64,000 bases of DNA, taken from contig DATGWJ010000021.1 of assembly GCA_035299545.1 (NCBI GenBank), forward strand, positions 10,090 through 74,089, read 5' to 3'. Shown here piece after piece: positions 29,103 through 40,260 of this stretch. The stretch comes from Minisyncoccota bacterium. Lineage in GTDB: Bacteria > Patescibacteriota > Minisyncoccia > Phycocordibacterales > UBA9973. Position 1 is the stretch's first letter, and each line of letters starts with the position of its first letter. The notes beneath the pieces are model-generated. The model was not told the DNA's origin. It was given only the letters and a program-made list of their open reading frames with translations, and ran no database searches. The translations under genes were made by a program, and so were the position numbers.

Positions 29103-29498
29103 CTAACTTAAGAACGAGTCCCCTGTAAATCCAAGCGCCGCAAGTATCGACTTTACTATAAGCCAAGCTGCGAGAGCGATAACATAGCCAATAAGAGCAT
29201 TTTTAAATATATGCTTTGCTTTTGAGACATTCTCCGAACTCCCTCCAGATGAGAGGTAAAGCCATCCAGCATAAATTATAATAAGAGCAAAAATAGGAGT
29301 GGCAAGAGTTATAAGTATGAAGGAAATAATATTATTTATTATTGTCATTACCATATTAAAATCGCAAGGATCATCAAAACCACCACTATTATTTACAATT
29401 GTATTACACTCTGGCACCAACTTTGCTCCGAATGATATTAAAGGAACAGAGAATATTATGGCAAATCCTAGAACGAATGGAATGACTTTTTTAATCAT
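29103..29498 (-). CDS. VirB2/TrbC-like pilin
   Basis: LVPEC...C, IIYAGWLYLSSGGSSENVSKAK..FKNALIG. Confidence 0.8.
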   Translation of the reverse strand: MIKKVIPFVLGFAIIFSVPLISFGAKLVPECNTIVNNSGGFDDPCDFNMVMTIINNIISFILITLATPIFALIIIYAGWLYLSSGGSSENVSKAKHIFKNALIGYVIALAAWLIVKSILAALGFTGDSFLS

Positions 29499-29500
29499 AA

Positions 29501-30820
29501 TTATTTCTTAAGTAGAAGTTCAAGCTGACCTTGAGCTTTATTTATGGACTCACTCACCGACAAATTATTTGATAATATATTTTCTATTAACTCTTTGAAA
29601 ATAGCATCACTTTGAGGTTTATTTGGATCTAGCCAAGACCTGGATATAAGAGCCGAATTAAAGAATGTAAACAAATAAGGGTTAGCTGGCTTTTCAGATA
29701 AAACAGCTCGTGAAGTAGGAGGCAAAGAAAGAGTAATACTTAAATCCTTTGCGACACTCCCCTGACTGAGAATTCCTGCTACACCAAAAGCTGAACTTAG
29801 ATTACTAGATTTCTTATTTATAACAATTGCATAAATTTCTCCATAAGTACGCTTTGTCTGCGAATTTTTAATTTGAGGAATTTGAGTCACATCATAACTT
29901 AAATTTGGATTCACAGACTGTATTTTAAACAACTCACTAGCTCTGCCTATATAGAATGCTAGCTTGCCCCCAGTGAACATATCTAGAGAGTTAGGAAGTG
30001 AACGATTCCATGAATACGCAGTATTGGAAGGATTAGAAAATTCAGTAAAGAATTTTACGACTGCTTCCATTGGACTTACAGAAAGTTTAGAAGGATTACT
30101 ATTTAATAGTGAAATATAACTTGTAGTGTTATTCGTAGCATCCACAGACCTCTTCACTATTCCGTTATTATTCTGAAGAAGTAATGTCGCTAATATATCT
30201 TTCGCATTATTAATATTGCCGTACTGACCAAGTGCTATCATACTTTGGCTTATAGTGCCAATATTATCTCTCTTAGTTAAAGTAGAATTGAGTGGGAATA
30301 ATTCATCCCAAGTCTTAAGCGGAGAAACAATTCCTTCATTAGATAAAATATCTTTGTTGTAGTACAGAACCATAGGGTCTACAACCAAAGGTAAACCTAC
30401 AACACCTTCACTGTCGAGGTAAATATCTGCTCCGTCTATAAATGAATCGCGGAATGTTTTCTCTGGATAGCTGGCATAAGGAATTTTGTATATAAAATTA
30501 TTATTCTTTACTACCATATCAGGAGTTATAATGAACAAATCAGGGCCAACTCCGTTTGCAAATGCTTCTATTAATTCTTGCTGATAGGAAGATGAATTTT
30601 TCTTGATGTAAGTAACACTGAGCTCTTTATTAGCATCATTCATGCCGTCGATAATGTCATACATTTCTGAACTAGGAAATGTCCCCCAAATAGTCACCTT
30701 GCCTTGGGGAGCGTTAGTATTCGATGAAATACCTAAATCAATTACTCCTGAGAATATTAAAACTCCAAAAACGAAAAATGATAGAAATATAGCGACAAGT
30801 ATTGTCTGGAAATTACTCAT
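29501..30820 (-). CDS. Extracellular solute-binding protein (sugar ABC type)
   Basis: VTIWG, GPDLF, LYYNKDIL, TWDEL, FTGGKLAFY. Confidence 0.82.
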   Translation of the reverse strand: MSNFQTILVAIFLSFFVFGVLIFSGVIDLGISSNTNAPQGKVTIWGTFPSSEMYDIIDGMNDANKELSVTYIKKNSSSYQQELIEAFANGVGPDLFIITPDMVVKNNNFIYKIPYASYPEKTFRDSFIDGADIYLDSEGVVGLPLVVDPMVLYYNKDILSNEGIVSPLKTWDELFPLNSTLTKRDNIGTISQSMIALGQYGNINNAKDILATLLLQNNNGIVKRSVDATNNTTSYISLLNSNPSKLSVSPMEAVVKFFTEFSNPSNTAYSWNRSLPNSLDMFTGGKLAFYIGRASELFKIQSVNPNLSYDVTQIPQIKNSQTKRTYGEIYAIVINKKSSNLSSAFGVAGILSQGSVAKDLSITLSLPPTSRAVLSEKPANPYLFTFFNSALISRSWLDPNKPQSDAIFKELIENILSNNLSVSESINKAQGQLELLLKK

Positions 30821-31340
30821 ATGTAAATATTATACCATAATGGTGAACACTAGTGGAAATTTTTTCTTCAAATCGGAAGCCTCTTTTTTCAAAAAGTTCT
30901 CTTGCCTCGGCTTCTGGCATCACATGGTGCGGAGCTGGACCCATTCCTCCAAAGGAATCACTCCAATCCACAAGAAGAATTTTCCCACCTTTTCTAAGTA
31001 CACGCTTAGCTTCATCTATAATCCCAATCTTATCTTCCACTTGGAAAAGTACATTGGAAATTATCACAACATCCATAGAATTATCCAATAATTTAGTCCC
31101 TCCACGGCGTTCTATGTCGCCCCAAATACAATCTACGTTGTGTATTCCTAATTCTTTTAAATCTGATTCAAGTTTTTTTACTAAATCTTTCTGAACTTCA
31201 ATAGCATATACCTTTCCACTGTTGCCTACACGAGGACTAATGGCTTTACAATAGAAGCCAGTCCCAGCTCCGAAGTCTGCTACACGCATACCTTCTCTTA
31301 ACCCTAAATGTAGAATATTTGTTTCTGGTTTAGTAAACAT
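30813..31340 (-). CDS. Class I SAM-dependent methyltransferase
   Basis: VADFGAGTG, RVLRKGG, LVDW. Confidence 0.85.
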   Translation of the reverse strand: MFTKPETNILHLGLREGMRVADFGAGTGFYCKAISPRVGNSGKVYAIEVQKDLVKKLESDLKELGIHNVDCIWGDIERRGGTKLLDNSMDVVIISNVLFQVEDKIGIIDEAKRVLRKGGKILLVDWSDSFGGMGPAPHHVMPEAEARELFEKRGFRFEEKISTSVHHYGIIFTYE

Positions 31341-31375
31341 ATTTATAGGTATATTATACTACAAATAAAATAAAC

Positions 31376-31486
31376 TAGAAAGTCCGCTATATGTTCAAAA
31401 TTTCTGAGTAGGTGTGGGCGCGCGCCGAATCCGGTGGATTCGGTAGGGATAAGCGAAGAAATTTTGAATATATAGCGGAGTTTCTA
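31376..31486 (-). repeat. Family A repeat, copy 3 (opposite orientation)
   Basis: Reverse complement contains TTCGCTTATCCCT...GCGCGCCCACACCTACTCAGAAATTT. Confidence 0.85.
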
Positions 31487-31492
31487 CAAAAA

Positions 31493-33940
31493 CTATAAGA
31501 ATGTAATAGAAGCAATACTATCCCCTGGGCGGAGCTTCATCACGGTCACACCTTGCGTCTGGCGACCAGAAGTAGGAAGTGAATCCAAACTTACACGGAT
31601 AACTTGCCCTTTCTGAGACACCGCGATAATCTCACTTTCATCACTTACTATTTTCGCAACTATAAGCTTACCTGTCTTAGGAGTAACTTTTGCTGTCTTT
31701 ATACCAGAGCCACTTCTCTTCTGTGTTTTGTATTCTTTAATATTAGTTTTCTTACCAAGGCCATTTGCCGAGAGTGTGAGAATGGATAATGAATTCTCTC
31801 CTTTTGGAATACGATCCACTCCAATGACAAAGTCCCCTTTACCGAGCTTCATAGCACGCACACCTCCAGCACTGCGACCCATTTCTCGGACATCTGTCTC
31901 TTTGAATCTTATTGATTGTCCAAGCGCTGTGGCAAGCATCACATCATCACCTTTTGATATTGGAAGAACAGCTTGGAGTTCATCATCCTTATCGAGTCGG
32001 ATAGCTATCAATCCACTTCTTCGGACATCTTTGAAGCTCTCAGCTCCCACTTTCTTTGTCACGCCCATCTTGGTGACCATCATAAGTGTCTCTACTGTTT
32101 TCTTTGTCTCTTTATCTATAGGCAAAATAGAAGTCACCTTCTCTTCAGCTTCAAGAGAAATGAAGTTCATAATTGATTTACCTTTTGTTGCACGCTTACC
32201 TTCAGGAATATCATACATCTTTATCTGATATGCTTTTCCAAGATTAGTGAAGAATAGCAAATCCGAGTGGGTATTTGCGGATATAAGCATGGTTACGAAG
32301 TCTTCTTCTTTTGGCTCAATATCTATTACACCTACACCTCCGCGCTTCTGTGTGCGGTATTCAGAAGGGTCTGTACGCTTCACATATCCACCCTTAGTGA
32401 ATACGAGTACTGACTCTTTCTCTGGGATAAGGTCTTCTTCGTTTATTGCTTTCACTCCTCCTTTTATAATACGAGTGCGTCTTACATCAGAATATTTTTC
32501 TTTAATATCAATAAGTTCATCTGATATAACTTTCATCATTTTCTTTGGACTTGCAAGCAATGCCTCCAATTCTTTAATTAATTCTTGCTTTTCTTTCAAC
32601 TCAAGCTCCACATTTTTACGTTCAAGTCCAGCAAGTTTCTGCAACTTCATTTCAAGAATAGCTACAGCTTGAAGTTCAGAGAATTTAAATTCTTTCATCA
32701 AGTTTGCCTTAGCCACTTGGGTATCTTTAGATGCACGAATTACAGAAATAACTCGGTCAATATGATCAAGTGCTTTCTTGAGTCCTAGAAGAATATGCTC
32801 TCTTTCTTTTGCTTTTCGTAAATCGTACTCAGTTCGGCGACGAACAACTATCTGACGGTGTGTTATAAATTCACTAAGTAAACTCTTGAGCGAAAGCGTC
32901 TGAGGTACGCCATCCACAAGAGCCACGAGGTTGAAATTGAAAGATTGCTCGAGCTGTGTGTGCTTGTAAATGTAATTCAAAACTTTCTGAGGAATAACTC
33001 CACTCTTAAGGTCTATAACAATGCGAATATCTTTTGTAGATTCATCACGAAGACCTTTTACTCCTTCTAATTTTTTCTCTTGAATAAGAACTGCAATAGA
33101 CTCAATAAGAGCTGACTTATTTACTCTGTAAGGAATAGAAGTAATAATGATTTGGAAAGTATCACTCTTTTGTTCTACTATTTCGGCTTCTCCGCGAGTT
33201 ACAACACCACCACGTCCTGTAGAGTAAGCGTGAAGTAAATCATTTTGTCCATAAACTATTCCACCAATAGGAAAATCTGGACCTTTAATGTATTCCATTA
33301 ATTCTTCAGTGCTTGCATCTTTGTTTTCTATTAAGTGAACAGTAGCATCTACAACTTCACCAAGATTATGAGGAGGAATATTTGTAGCCATACCCACTGC
33401 AATACCCAGAGTTCCATTTAGGAGTAAATTAGGAACAGCTGTAGGCAGAACTACTGGTTCTTTGCGAGTCTGATCATAGTTCGGACGAAAATCCACTGTT
33501 TCTTTCTCAAGATCAAGAAGTAATAGTGATGAGAGTCGAGACATTTTGGCCTCTGTATAACGCATAGCAGCTGCTCCATCTCCGTCGATAGAACCAAAGT
33601 TTCCTTGTCCATGAATAAGAGGATAGCGATAAGAGAAATCTTGAGCCATTCCCACCATAGAATCGTAAACAGCCACATCACCGTGTGGGTGATACTTTCC
33701 GAGTACATCTCCGACTACCGCAGCACTTTTACGAAAACGACTTTGAGAAGTTAAACCCATTTCATACATCGCATACAAGATACGTCTATGAACTGGCTTT
33801 AATCCATCACGAACATCAGGAAGAGCACGGTCAGTAATAACCGACATCGCATAGTCGATGAACGAATCTTTCATCTCTGTACTAATTTCTACAGAAACGA
33901 CATTTATATGATTGTCTTTTTTTTCTTCTTCTTTAGCCAT
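31493..33940 (-). CDS. gyrA: DNA gyrase subunit A
   Basis: [29 protein letters not shown], GyrA box QKRGGVG. Confidence 0.98.
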   Translation of the reverse strand: MAKEEEKKDNHINVVSVEISTEMKDSFIDYAMSVITDRALPDVRDGLKPVHRRILYAMYEMGLTSQSRFRKSAAVVGDVLGKYHPHGDVAVYDSMVGMAQDFSYRYPLIHGQGNFGSIDGDGAAAMRYTEAKMSRLSSLLLLDLEKETVDFRPNYDQTRKEPVVLPTAVPNLLLNGTLGIAVGMATNIPPHNLGEVVDATVHLIENKDASTEELMEYIKGPDFPIGGIVYGQNDLLHAYSTGRGGVVTRGEAEIVEQKSDTFQIIITSIPYRVNKSALIESIAVLIQEKKLEGVKGLRDESTKDIRIVIDLKSGVIPQKVLNYIYKHTQLEQSFNFNLVALVDGVPQTLSLKSLLSEFITHRQIVVRRRTEYDLRKAKEREHILLGLKKALDHIDRVISVIRASKDTQVAKANLMKEFKFSELQAVAILEMKLQKLAGLERKNVELELKEKQELIKELEALLASPKKMMKVISDELIDIKEKYSDVRRTRIIKGGVKAINEEDLIPEKESVLVFTKGGYVKRTDPSEYRTQKRGGVGVIDIEPKEEDFVTMLISANTHSDLLFFTNLGKAYQIKMYDIPEGKRATKGKSIMNFISLEAEEKVTSILPIDKETKKTVETLMMVTKMGVTKKVGAESFKDVRRSGLIAIRLDKDDELQAVLPISKGDDVMLATALGQSIRFKETDVREMGRSAGGVRAMKLGKGDFVIGVDRIPKGENSLSILTLSANGLGKKTNIKEYKTQKRSGSGIKTAKVTPKTGKLIVAKIVSDESEIIAVSQKGQVIRVSLDSLPTSGRQTQGVTVMKLRPGDSIASITFL

Positions 33941-33941
33941 A

Positions 33942-34259
33942 TTATTGATATTCTACCGGAATTAAATCTATCTGCTTTTCTACTTCCACTTCTTTCTTTT
34001 CTTCTTCTTTCTTTATTGAAGGAATTTTCCCAACACTTGCAGTGACATTATTATAAGTGTTCGCAATACTTTGTCCAAATAATTCAAATGGCTTTATCTC
34101 TTCTTCTACAGGTGGAGTACTTTCTTTACTTAATTTCTGGCCAATGCTACTTATCCAAACAAACCCCACAAAAGACATACACAATATCAAAGACCCTACA
34201 AGTATTTGCTTGCGAGTGTCTTCCGATTTAGATTGTAATTTTCTTATATAAGTACGCAT
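33942..34259 (-). CDS. Single-TM hypothetical protein
   Basis: 105 aa, tightly packed between neighbouring genes. Confidence 0.65.
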   Translation of the reverse strand: MRTYIRKLQSKSEDTRKQILVGSLILCMSFVGFVWISSIGQKLSKESTPPVEEEIKPFELFGQSIANTYNNVTASVGKIPSIKKEEEKKEVEVEKQIDLIPVEYQ

Positions 34260-34263
34260 AAAT

Positions 34264-34890
34264 TTAGGATGTTAATACAACTATTTCCCCTTCTTTACCT
34301 ATCAATTCCTTTGCTTTGATTGTAAGCTTATCCAAAGGTGTTACTTTGTCTTGTCCTGCTTCCTTTAAGAATGCTTTTAATGTCTTCTCATCGTAATCCA
34401 TAGGAATAATAATCTTCGGTTCAAGCGTTGTTGCAAGTTTATATGCTTTTTCAGGGTCAAGCAAGTCATTATTGCCAATTGGTACAAAAAGGATATCTGG
34501 TTCAGCGATTTGCTCTCGAACAGTAGAATTTAATTTTTCATCAGAAATTGCACCCAAGAAACATAAAGAAATATTTTCAATCGTTAGAGAATAAATAGTG
34601 TTGATATATTTCTTCCCTGCAAGCTCTGTCTGAGTCATTATTCCTTTTATGAAAATATCTTTGATTTCGTAATCACCAGGGCCGTTTATTTCAAAAGGAA
34701 CTGTCTCTCCATGTGAGACCATTTCAAAGCCATTGTAGTCAGGATGATTGGTAGTAGAAAGGGCAATATCAGAACCGAAACGAGAGGCTTTTTCTCCATA
34801 TTTTGAGTCCTTACTTATAGGGTTAAATGCAACAGTCAAACTTCCCTGTCCAATCTTAAAGAATTGCTTACCTAGATATGTAATAATCAT
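34264..34890 (-). CDS. Metallo-beta-lactamase-fold protein
   Basis: MIITYLG..FFKI, GPGDYEIKDI, DILFVPIG, LEPKIIIPM; start from TGGTATAAT-N6-ATG. Confidence 0.75.
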   Translation of the reverse strand: MIITYLGKQFFKIGQGSLTVAFNPISKDSKYGEKASRFGSDIALSTTNHPDYNGFEMVSHGETVPFEINGPGDYEIKDIFIKGIMTQTELAGKKYINTIYSLTIENISLCFLGAISDEKLNSTVREQIAEPDILFVPIGNNDLLDPEKAYKLATTLEPKIIIPMDYDEKTLKAFLKEAGQDKVTPLDKLTIKAKELIGKEGEIVVLTS

Positions 34891-35152
34891 ACCTCTATTA
34901 TACCAAAAATTTACAAAAAACAAAAGGGCTTTTCTGTTAAAATAACCCTTTTCGCAAGGACTGTCCTTGCGAAATTTAGAGGGGTTGATTTTTGGGAGAA
35001 TATATAGTAGAGTGAGTGTATTATAAGCTCGGTTTGAAGGTTAACCCTTTTTGTGTTTAGTTTGGAAAGCAAAAAGATCTTCAACTGCGCCGCGAAACGC
35101 GGTTTTTTTAGTTCCAAAATATAAATTTATTTATATTTTACAAATTATAGAT

Positions 35153-36292
35153 ATGAAAAAAGAAAATGAAAGTGTTATAGAAAGTATTGCAGAAAATGCA
35201 AAAATTGAATTATCTAGTGTTGGTAAAATGCTAGAAAAAGCAGAAGTTCCTCCTCAAGTGGATGCACTCGTAGAAGGACCTGTTATTTCAATACAAAAAT
35301 CATCTGTATATATTGACCTTACTCCATTCGGAACAGGTATCATTTACGGACGAGAATTTATAAATGCAAAAGATATCATTAAGAAAGTAAACATTGGTGA
35401 TGTTGTTAAAGCAAAAGTAGTTGGGACAGACAACGAAGATGGTTATATAGAATTATCTTTGAAAGAAGCAAAGCAAGCTCTTATTTGGAGTGAAGCGGAG
35501 AAAGCTATTAAGTCAAAGACAACTCTTGAGCTTACAATCAAGGAGGCAAACAAAGGAGGACTTATTCTTGAATGGCAAGGTATAGCCGGATTCCTTCCTG
35601 CTTCTCAATTAAAGAGTGAACACTATCCACGAGTAGAAGATTCTGATAAAGATAAAATATTAAAAGCACTCAAAATGCTTATAGGTAAGCGCATCAATGT
35701 TGTAATGATTTCAGCATTACCAAAAGAAGGCAAACTTATATTCTCTGAGAAAGATAATAATCCAGAAGAGCGCCGCGAGATTGTCGGCAAGTACGCTGTC
35801 GGTGATGAACTTGAATGCATCGTTGCAGGAATTGTTGACTTCGGAGTATTCCTAAAGGTGGAAGAAGGTCTTGAAGGATTAGTTCACATTTCAGAAATTG
35901 ATTGGGGCTTAGTTGAAGACCCAAGAACAATGTTCAAGATTGGGGACAAAGTTAGAGCAAAAATAATTGAAATCAAAGATGGTAAAATTTCCCTTTCAAT
36001 TAAAGCTCTAAAGGAAAATCCTTGGAAAGAATTTGAAAATACACTTAAGAAAGGAGACATCGTCTCCGGAGTTGTTATTAAGTTCAACAAGCATGGAGCT
36101 CTTGTTTCTATTAAGCAAGGAGTTGCAGGTCTTGCACACAACTCAGGATTCGGTTCTGAAGAAAAATTAAAAAAGACTTTGGAATTAGGTAAGACTTATG
36201 ACTTCCAGATTACATTATTCGAACCAAAGGAACAAAGAATGACACTTGTATACTTGGATAAGGATAAAAAAGAAACTGAAGAAGCAAAATAA
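35153..36292 (+). CDS. rpsA: 30S ribosomal protein S1 (short form)
   Basis: Repeated S1 domains (GFLPASQL, FGVF..EGLVHISE, ISLSIK). Confidence 0.88.
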   Translation: MKKENESVIESIAENAKIELSSVGKMLEKAEVPPQVDALVEGPVISIQKSSVYIDLTPFGTGIIYGREFINAKDIIKKVNIGDVVKAKVVGTDNEDGYIELSLKEAKQALIWSEAEKAIKSKTTLELTIKEANKGGLILEWQGIAGFLPASQLKSEHYPRVEDSDKDKILKALKMLIGKRINVVMISALPKEGKLIFSEKDNNPEERREIVGKYAVGDELECIVAGIVDFGVFLKVEEGLEGLVHISEIDWGLVEDPRTMFKIGDKVRAKIIEIKDGKISLSIKALKENPWKEFENTLKKGDIVSGVVIKFNKHGALVSIKQGVAGLAHNSGFGSEEKLKKTLELGKTYDFQITLFEPKEQRMTLVYLDKDKKETEEAK

Positions 36293-36331
36293 ATTAAAAT
36301 CCCGCTCATACGAGCGGGATTTTAATTTTTC

Positions 36332-36946
36332 CTACAAAACAATCTTTTCCAGTTCTTTAATATTACGAACAATGTAATCTGGATTCATTAATTTCAGATT
36401 ATTTTCTGAACACAAACCCCAAGTGACAGCAATCGTTTTTATACCAGCTTTTCTACCTATTGTTATTTCTTGATTTGAATCTCCAATAATAGCTGTTTCG
36501 TTTTCTATAAAATTATTTCTTTTTATTATTTTATATAAAGTCTCCTCTTTATCATGAATTCCTATTTCTATATCATTAAAAATATTTTGTAACCCAAATT
36601 TTTTAATTTCAGGAAGAATACTAATCGCATGATCAGCACTTATAACTATAATATTTTTTCCTTCTTTTTTAAGTTTTTGTATTAAATCAATAATCCCAGG
36701 ATATTCTTTAGGATTAAAATTTTCCATAAGGACTTTTTTGTACACAACATCCTGTTGCTCTTTTGTTAAATCTGGTAAATATTTATTCCAAAAAGTCATA
36801 TATGGCTCACTCCACTCATTTCTTAATTGCTCTAGAGTCATTTTATTAAGACCAAAATACTCAAGCATTTTATTTATAACAATAAAATGACCCATGGAGT
36901 GATCTTTTATAACCCCAGACCAATCAAAAATAATATTTTTTATCAT
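36332..36946 (-). CDS. HAD-family hydrolase
   Basis: IIFDWSGVI, IIGDS, GRKAGIKTIAVTWG. Confidence 0.85.
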   Translation of the reverse strand: MIKNIIFDWSGVIKDHSMGHFIVINKMLEYFGLNKMTLEQLRNEWSEPYMTFWNKYLPDLTKEQQDVVYKKVLMENFNPKEYPGIIDLIQKLKKEGKNIIVISADHAISILPEIKKFGLQNIFNDIEIGIHDKEETLYKIIKRNNFIENETAIIGDSNQEITIGRKAGIKTIAVTWGLCSENNLKLMNPDYIVRNIKELEKIVL

Positions 36947-36953
36947 AAATTGA

Positions 36954-37541
36954 TTATTGATTATAGATACTCATTGCTTTATCTTTCCCACCAGACGACA
37001 AAACTTCAAGAATTTCGGCTACTTTTTTAGAAATCTTTTTTAATTCCTTTAATTCATCATCTTTAAACTTTCCTAAGAGGAATTTCAATACAGCATCTTC
37101 CCCTTTTGGCTTTCTAATCTTTCCAGATGGAGTGGTCGGAGATATGCCAATGCGAATACGAACGAATTCTTTTGACTTAACTTTTTTAATAACTGATTCT
37201 AGCCCATTATGCCCACCAGAAGAACGATTAAAAGAAATTTTTAAACTTCCAAGAGGTAAATCCACGTCATCATACACAACAACTAAATTTTTTAGTTTTT
37301 TAGGGTTATCAATAACCTGACAAACAGCATTCCCCGAATTATTCATAAATGTCTCTGGTAAAAGAAAATCAAACTTTTCACCTTCTATTTCACCCTTAGT
37401 AGAAAGTGATTTTAATTTCATATTATTTTTCCATTCAGAAAAATCAAAACTCTTTGCGATATTTTCTAAAATTATTCTACCCGTATTGTGTCTGGAGTTA
37501 CTGTATTCCTCTCCAGGATTTCCTAATCCAACGATTAACAT
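36954..37541 (-). CDS. pth: Peptidyl-tRNA hydrolase
   Basis: LIVGLGNPG, RHNTG, TFMNNSG, GGHNGLES, RIRIGI. Confidence 0.96.
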   Translation of the reverse strand: MLIVGLGNPGEEYSNSRHNTGRIILENIAKSFDFSEWKNNMKLKSLSTKGEIEGEKFDFLLPETFMNNSGNAVCQVIDNPKKLKNLVVVYDDVDLPLGSLKISFNRSSGGHNGLESVIKKVKSKEFVRIRIGISPTTPSGKIRKPKGEDAVLKFLLGKFKDDELKELKKISKKVAEILEVLSSGGKDKAMSIYNQ

Positions 37542-37561
37542 ATTTTTTATTGTACCACAAA

Positions 37562-37668
37562 ATATAAAAAGGGATAATTAAAATTTTATTCGCTTATCCC
37601 TACCGAATCCGGCGGATTCGGCGCGCGCCCACACCTACTCATAAAATTTCAATTATCCCTTTTTATAT
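37562..37668 (+). repeat. Family A repeat, copy 4
   Basis: TTCGCTTATCCCT-ACCGAATCC..GGATTCGG-CGCGCGCCCACACCTACTCA inside a long terminal IR. Confidence 0.85.
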
Positions 37669-37731
37669 AACCTACAACACAACACTCTTTTATACCTTCT
37701 GTCAAGGATAAATATGTGGTAAAATAAAAAC

Positions 37732-38334
37732 ATGGAAAATAACAATGTTCAAATTAATAATGAAAATAATCCTGGAAAAACAAAGCTACAAAAGAACCTC
37801 GAAGGAATTTGGGATCTTTTGAAGTTTGCCCTTATAGCAATTATTATAGTTATCCCTATACGTATGTTTATAGCTCAACCATTCGTAGTAAGTGGAGAAT
37901 CAATGTACCCTACTTTTAACGATGGTGAATATTTAATTGTAGACGAAATTTCTTATATATTGGGCACACCCAAGAGAGGTGATGTTATAATTTTCCGTTA
38001 TCCTAATGATACAAAAAGATTTTTCATTAAAAGAGTTATTGGTATGCCTAACGAAGAAATAATTATTAACAACGGAAAGGTAACAATAAAAAATAAAGAA
38101 AAACCAGAAGGTTTTGTTCTTAGTGAACCATACCTTGGAGAAAAATTTGACACAACAACCTCCTACAAAACAGGAAATAATGAATACTTTGTGATGGGAG
38201 ACAACAGAAATAGAAGCTCCGATTCTCGTACTTGGGGAGTATTAGATAGTAAGTTTATTATTGGTAGAGCATATCTACGCCTCTTACCTACAGATAATAT
38301 TTCATTCTTACCAGGACATTATAACGAATACTAA
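37732..38334 (+). CDS. lepB: Signal peptidase I
   Basis: SGESMYPT, IKRVIG, MGDNRNRSSDSR. Confidence 0.95.
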   Translation: MENNNVQINNENNPGKTKLQKNLEGIWDLLKFALIAIIIVIPIRMFIAQPFVVSGESMYPTFNDGEYLIVDEISYILGTPKRGDVIIFRYPNDTKRFFIKRVIGMPNEEIIINNGKVTIKNKEKPEGFVLSEPYLGEKFDTTTSYKTGNNEYFVMGDNRNRSSDSRTWGVLDSKFIIGRAYLRLLPTDNISFLPGHYNEY

Positions 38335-38348
38335 TAAACTCACTACAT

Positions 38349-39647
38349 ATGGAAAAGAAAAAAACAATAAAAGGGCCCCAGCAACTTGGAACAGTAAAAG
38401 GAATGCGTGATATTATTGATAGTCAATACTACCAATTCCAAGGATTCTTCGAGAAAGCTCAAGAAATAGCAGTGTACTACGGCTTTAAACCAATCGACAC
38501 TCCTATAGTAGAACAAGAAAGTGTTTTCACTTCTTCTATCGGCATAGGTACTGACATTGTTGATAAAGAAATGTACACATTAAAGACAAAAGGTGGCGAT
38601 CATTTAGCACTTCGTCCTGAACACACAGCCGGTACAATGCGTAGTTATATTGAGCATGGAATGCAAGCCCTTCCTCAACCAGTAATGCTCTATAGTTATG
38701 GACCCGTTTTCAGACACGATAACCCTCAAGCAGGGCGATATCGCCAATTTTATCAATTTGATATGGATGTAATCGGCAGTGAAAAAAGTATCCTTGATGC
38801 TCTTGTTATTCGAACAGCTTGGACAATACTCACCGAAGCAGGAGCAACAGGACTCTCTGTAGATATTAATTCTATTGGCGACAAAGAATGCCGAGCTTCA
38901 TACATTAGAGAATTGGTTTCTTATTATAAGAAGAATATCAATTCCCTCCCCGCAATAGACAGAGAAAGGTTAAAAACAAATCCTCTTAGAATTTTAGATT
39001 CTAAAGAAGAAAAAACAGTGGAATTAAATCAAAACGCTCCAGATACACTTTCACACTTATGCCCCGCTTGTAAGAAACACTTTAAAGAAGTTCTCGAATA
39101 TTTAGAACAAATGGAAATCCCTTATAATATTAATAAGTGCTTAGTGCGTGGATTATCATACTACACAAGAACTGTTATTGAGATAACACAAGAAGATAAG
39201 GAAACAGGAAAGAAAACAACTATCACAGCTGGCGGCCGTTATGATTACCTTGGTAAACAACTTGGAAGCAAGAAAGATATACCTGCAGTAGGAATATCAA
39301 TAGGAGTAGATAGAGTTGTAGAATCACCTTGGTTTGCAAAACTTTCACCACGAATTATAAAGAAGCCAAAAATTTATTTCATTCAACTTGGTTTTGATGC
39401 AAAATTAAAGTCTTTGAATGTTATTGAAATTTTAAGAAAAGGCAAGGTTCCTATTGCGCAGTCCATATCTAAAGATAATTTAGGAGCACAATTGGCCATA
39501 GCTGAGAAATTAGGCATGGAATACGCTATTATCTTTGGACAAAAAGAAGCAATGGAGGATTCTGTGATTTTCCGTGATATGAGTAATCGTTCACAAGAAA
39601 CGGTTAAATTGTCAAAGTTGCTAGAATATATAAAAAATATAAAATAA
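38349..39647 (+). CDS. hisS: Histidine--tRNA ligase
   Basis: KGMRD, LRPEHTA, GRYRQFYQ, LVRGLSYY, GGRYD. Confidence 0.97.
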   Translation: MEKKKTIKGPQQLGTVKGMRDIIDSQYYQFQGFFEKAQEIAVYYGFKPIDTPIVEQESVFTSSIGIGTDIVDKEMYTLKTKGGDHLALRPEHTAGTMRSYIEHGMQALPQPVMLYSYGPVFRHDNPQAGRYRQFYQFDMDVIGSEKSILDALVIRTAWTILTEAGATGLSVDINSIGDKECRASYIRELVSYYKKNINSLPAIDRERLKTNPLRILDSKEEKTVELNQNAPDTLSHLCPACKKHFKEVLEYLEQMEIPYNINKCLVRGLSYYTRTVIEITQEDKETGKKTTITAGGRYDYLGKQLGSKKDIPAVGISIGVDRVVESPWFAKLSPRIIKKPKIYFIQLGFDAKLKSLNVIEILRKGKVPIAQSISKDNLGAQLAIAEKLGMEYAIIFGQKEAMEDSVIFRDMSNRSQETVKLSKLLEYIKNIK

Positions 39648-39651
39648 GAAT

Positions 39652-40188
39652 ATGGTTACCATTATTCAAAGTGGAGACAATGTGTTGCGCAAAATATCAA
39701 AAGAAGTGCCTGTCGCAAGCATTACAAAACCAAAAATTCAAAAAATTATAGCCGATATGAGTGAAGCTCTTGATAGCCAGTTTGATGGAGTTGCAATAGC
39801 TGCTCCTCAGATAGGTGTATCTCTCAGAATATTCGTTGTTTCTGGGAAAGTTTTTGATGAAGATTTTATAAATGGCAAAAACTTAGAGAAAAATTACAGC
39901 TCTGAAAAAAAACGAGAACCAAACATGGTGTTTATTAATCCTGTTTTTAAAAAAACCTCCCAAGATAAAAAGTTAATGATGGAAGGATGTTTATCTGTAA
40001 GGCCATTATATGGGAAAGTTCGAAGAGCCACCAGAGCTACAGTTGTAGCTTACAACGAGAAAGGTGTTAAATTCACTAAGGAAGCATCTGGTCTTTTAGC
40101 ACATATATTCCAGCATGAAATGGATCATTTAGAAGGAATACTTTTTATTGATAAAGCAAAAGATGTGCGAGAAGTTTTCTTAGACTAA
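39652..40188 (+). CDS. def: Peptide deformylase
   Basis: GVAIAAPQIG, EGCLS, QHEMDH. Confidence 0.96.
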   Translation: MVTIIQSGDNVLRKISKEVPVASITKPKIQKIIADMSEALDSQFDGVAIAAPQIGVSLRIFVVSGKVFDEDFINGKNLEKNYSSEKKREPNMVFINPVFKKTSQDKKLMMEGCLSVRPLYGKVRRATRATVVAYNEKGVKFTKEASGLLAHIFQHEMDHLEGILFIDKAKDVREVFLD

Positions 40189-40260
40189 AAAGAAGGTTTT
40201 AGAGGTCTATATTATTAGTAATAATTTATAGGGGTCTATGACTTTTATAACAATCATTAT

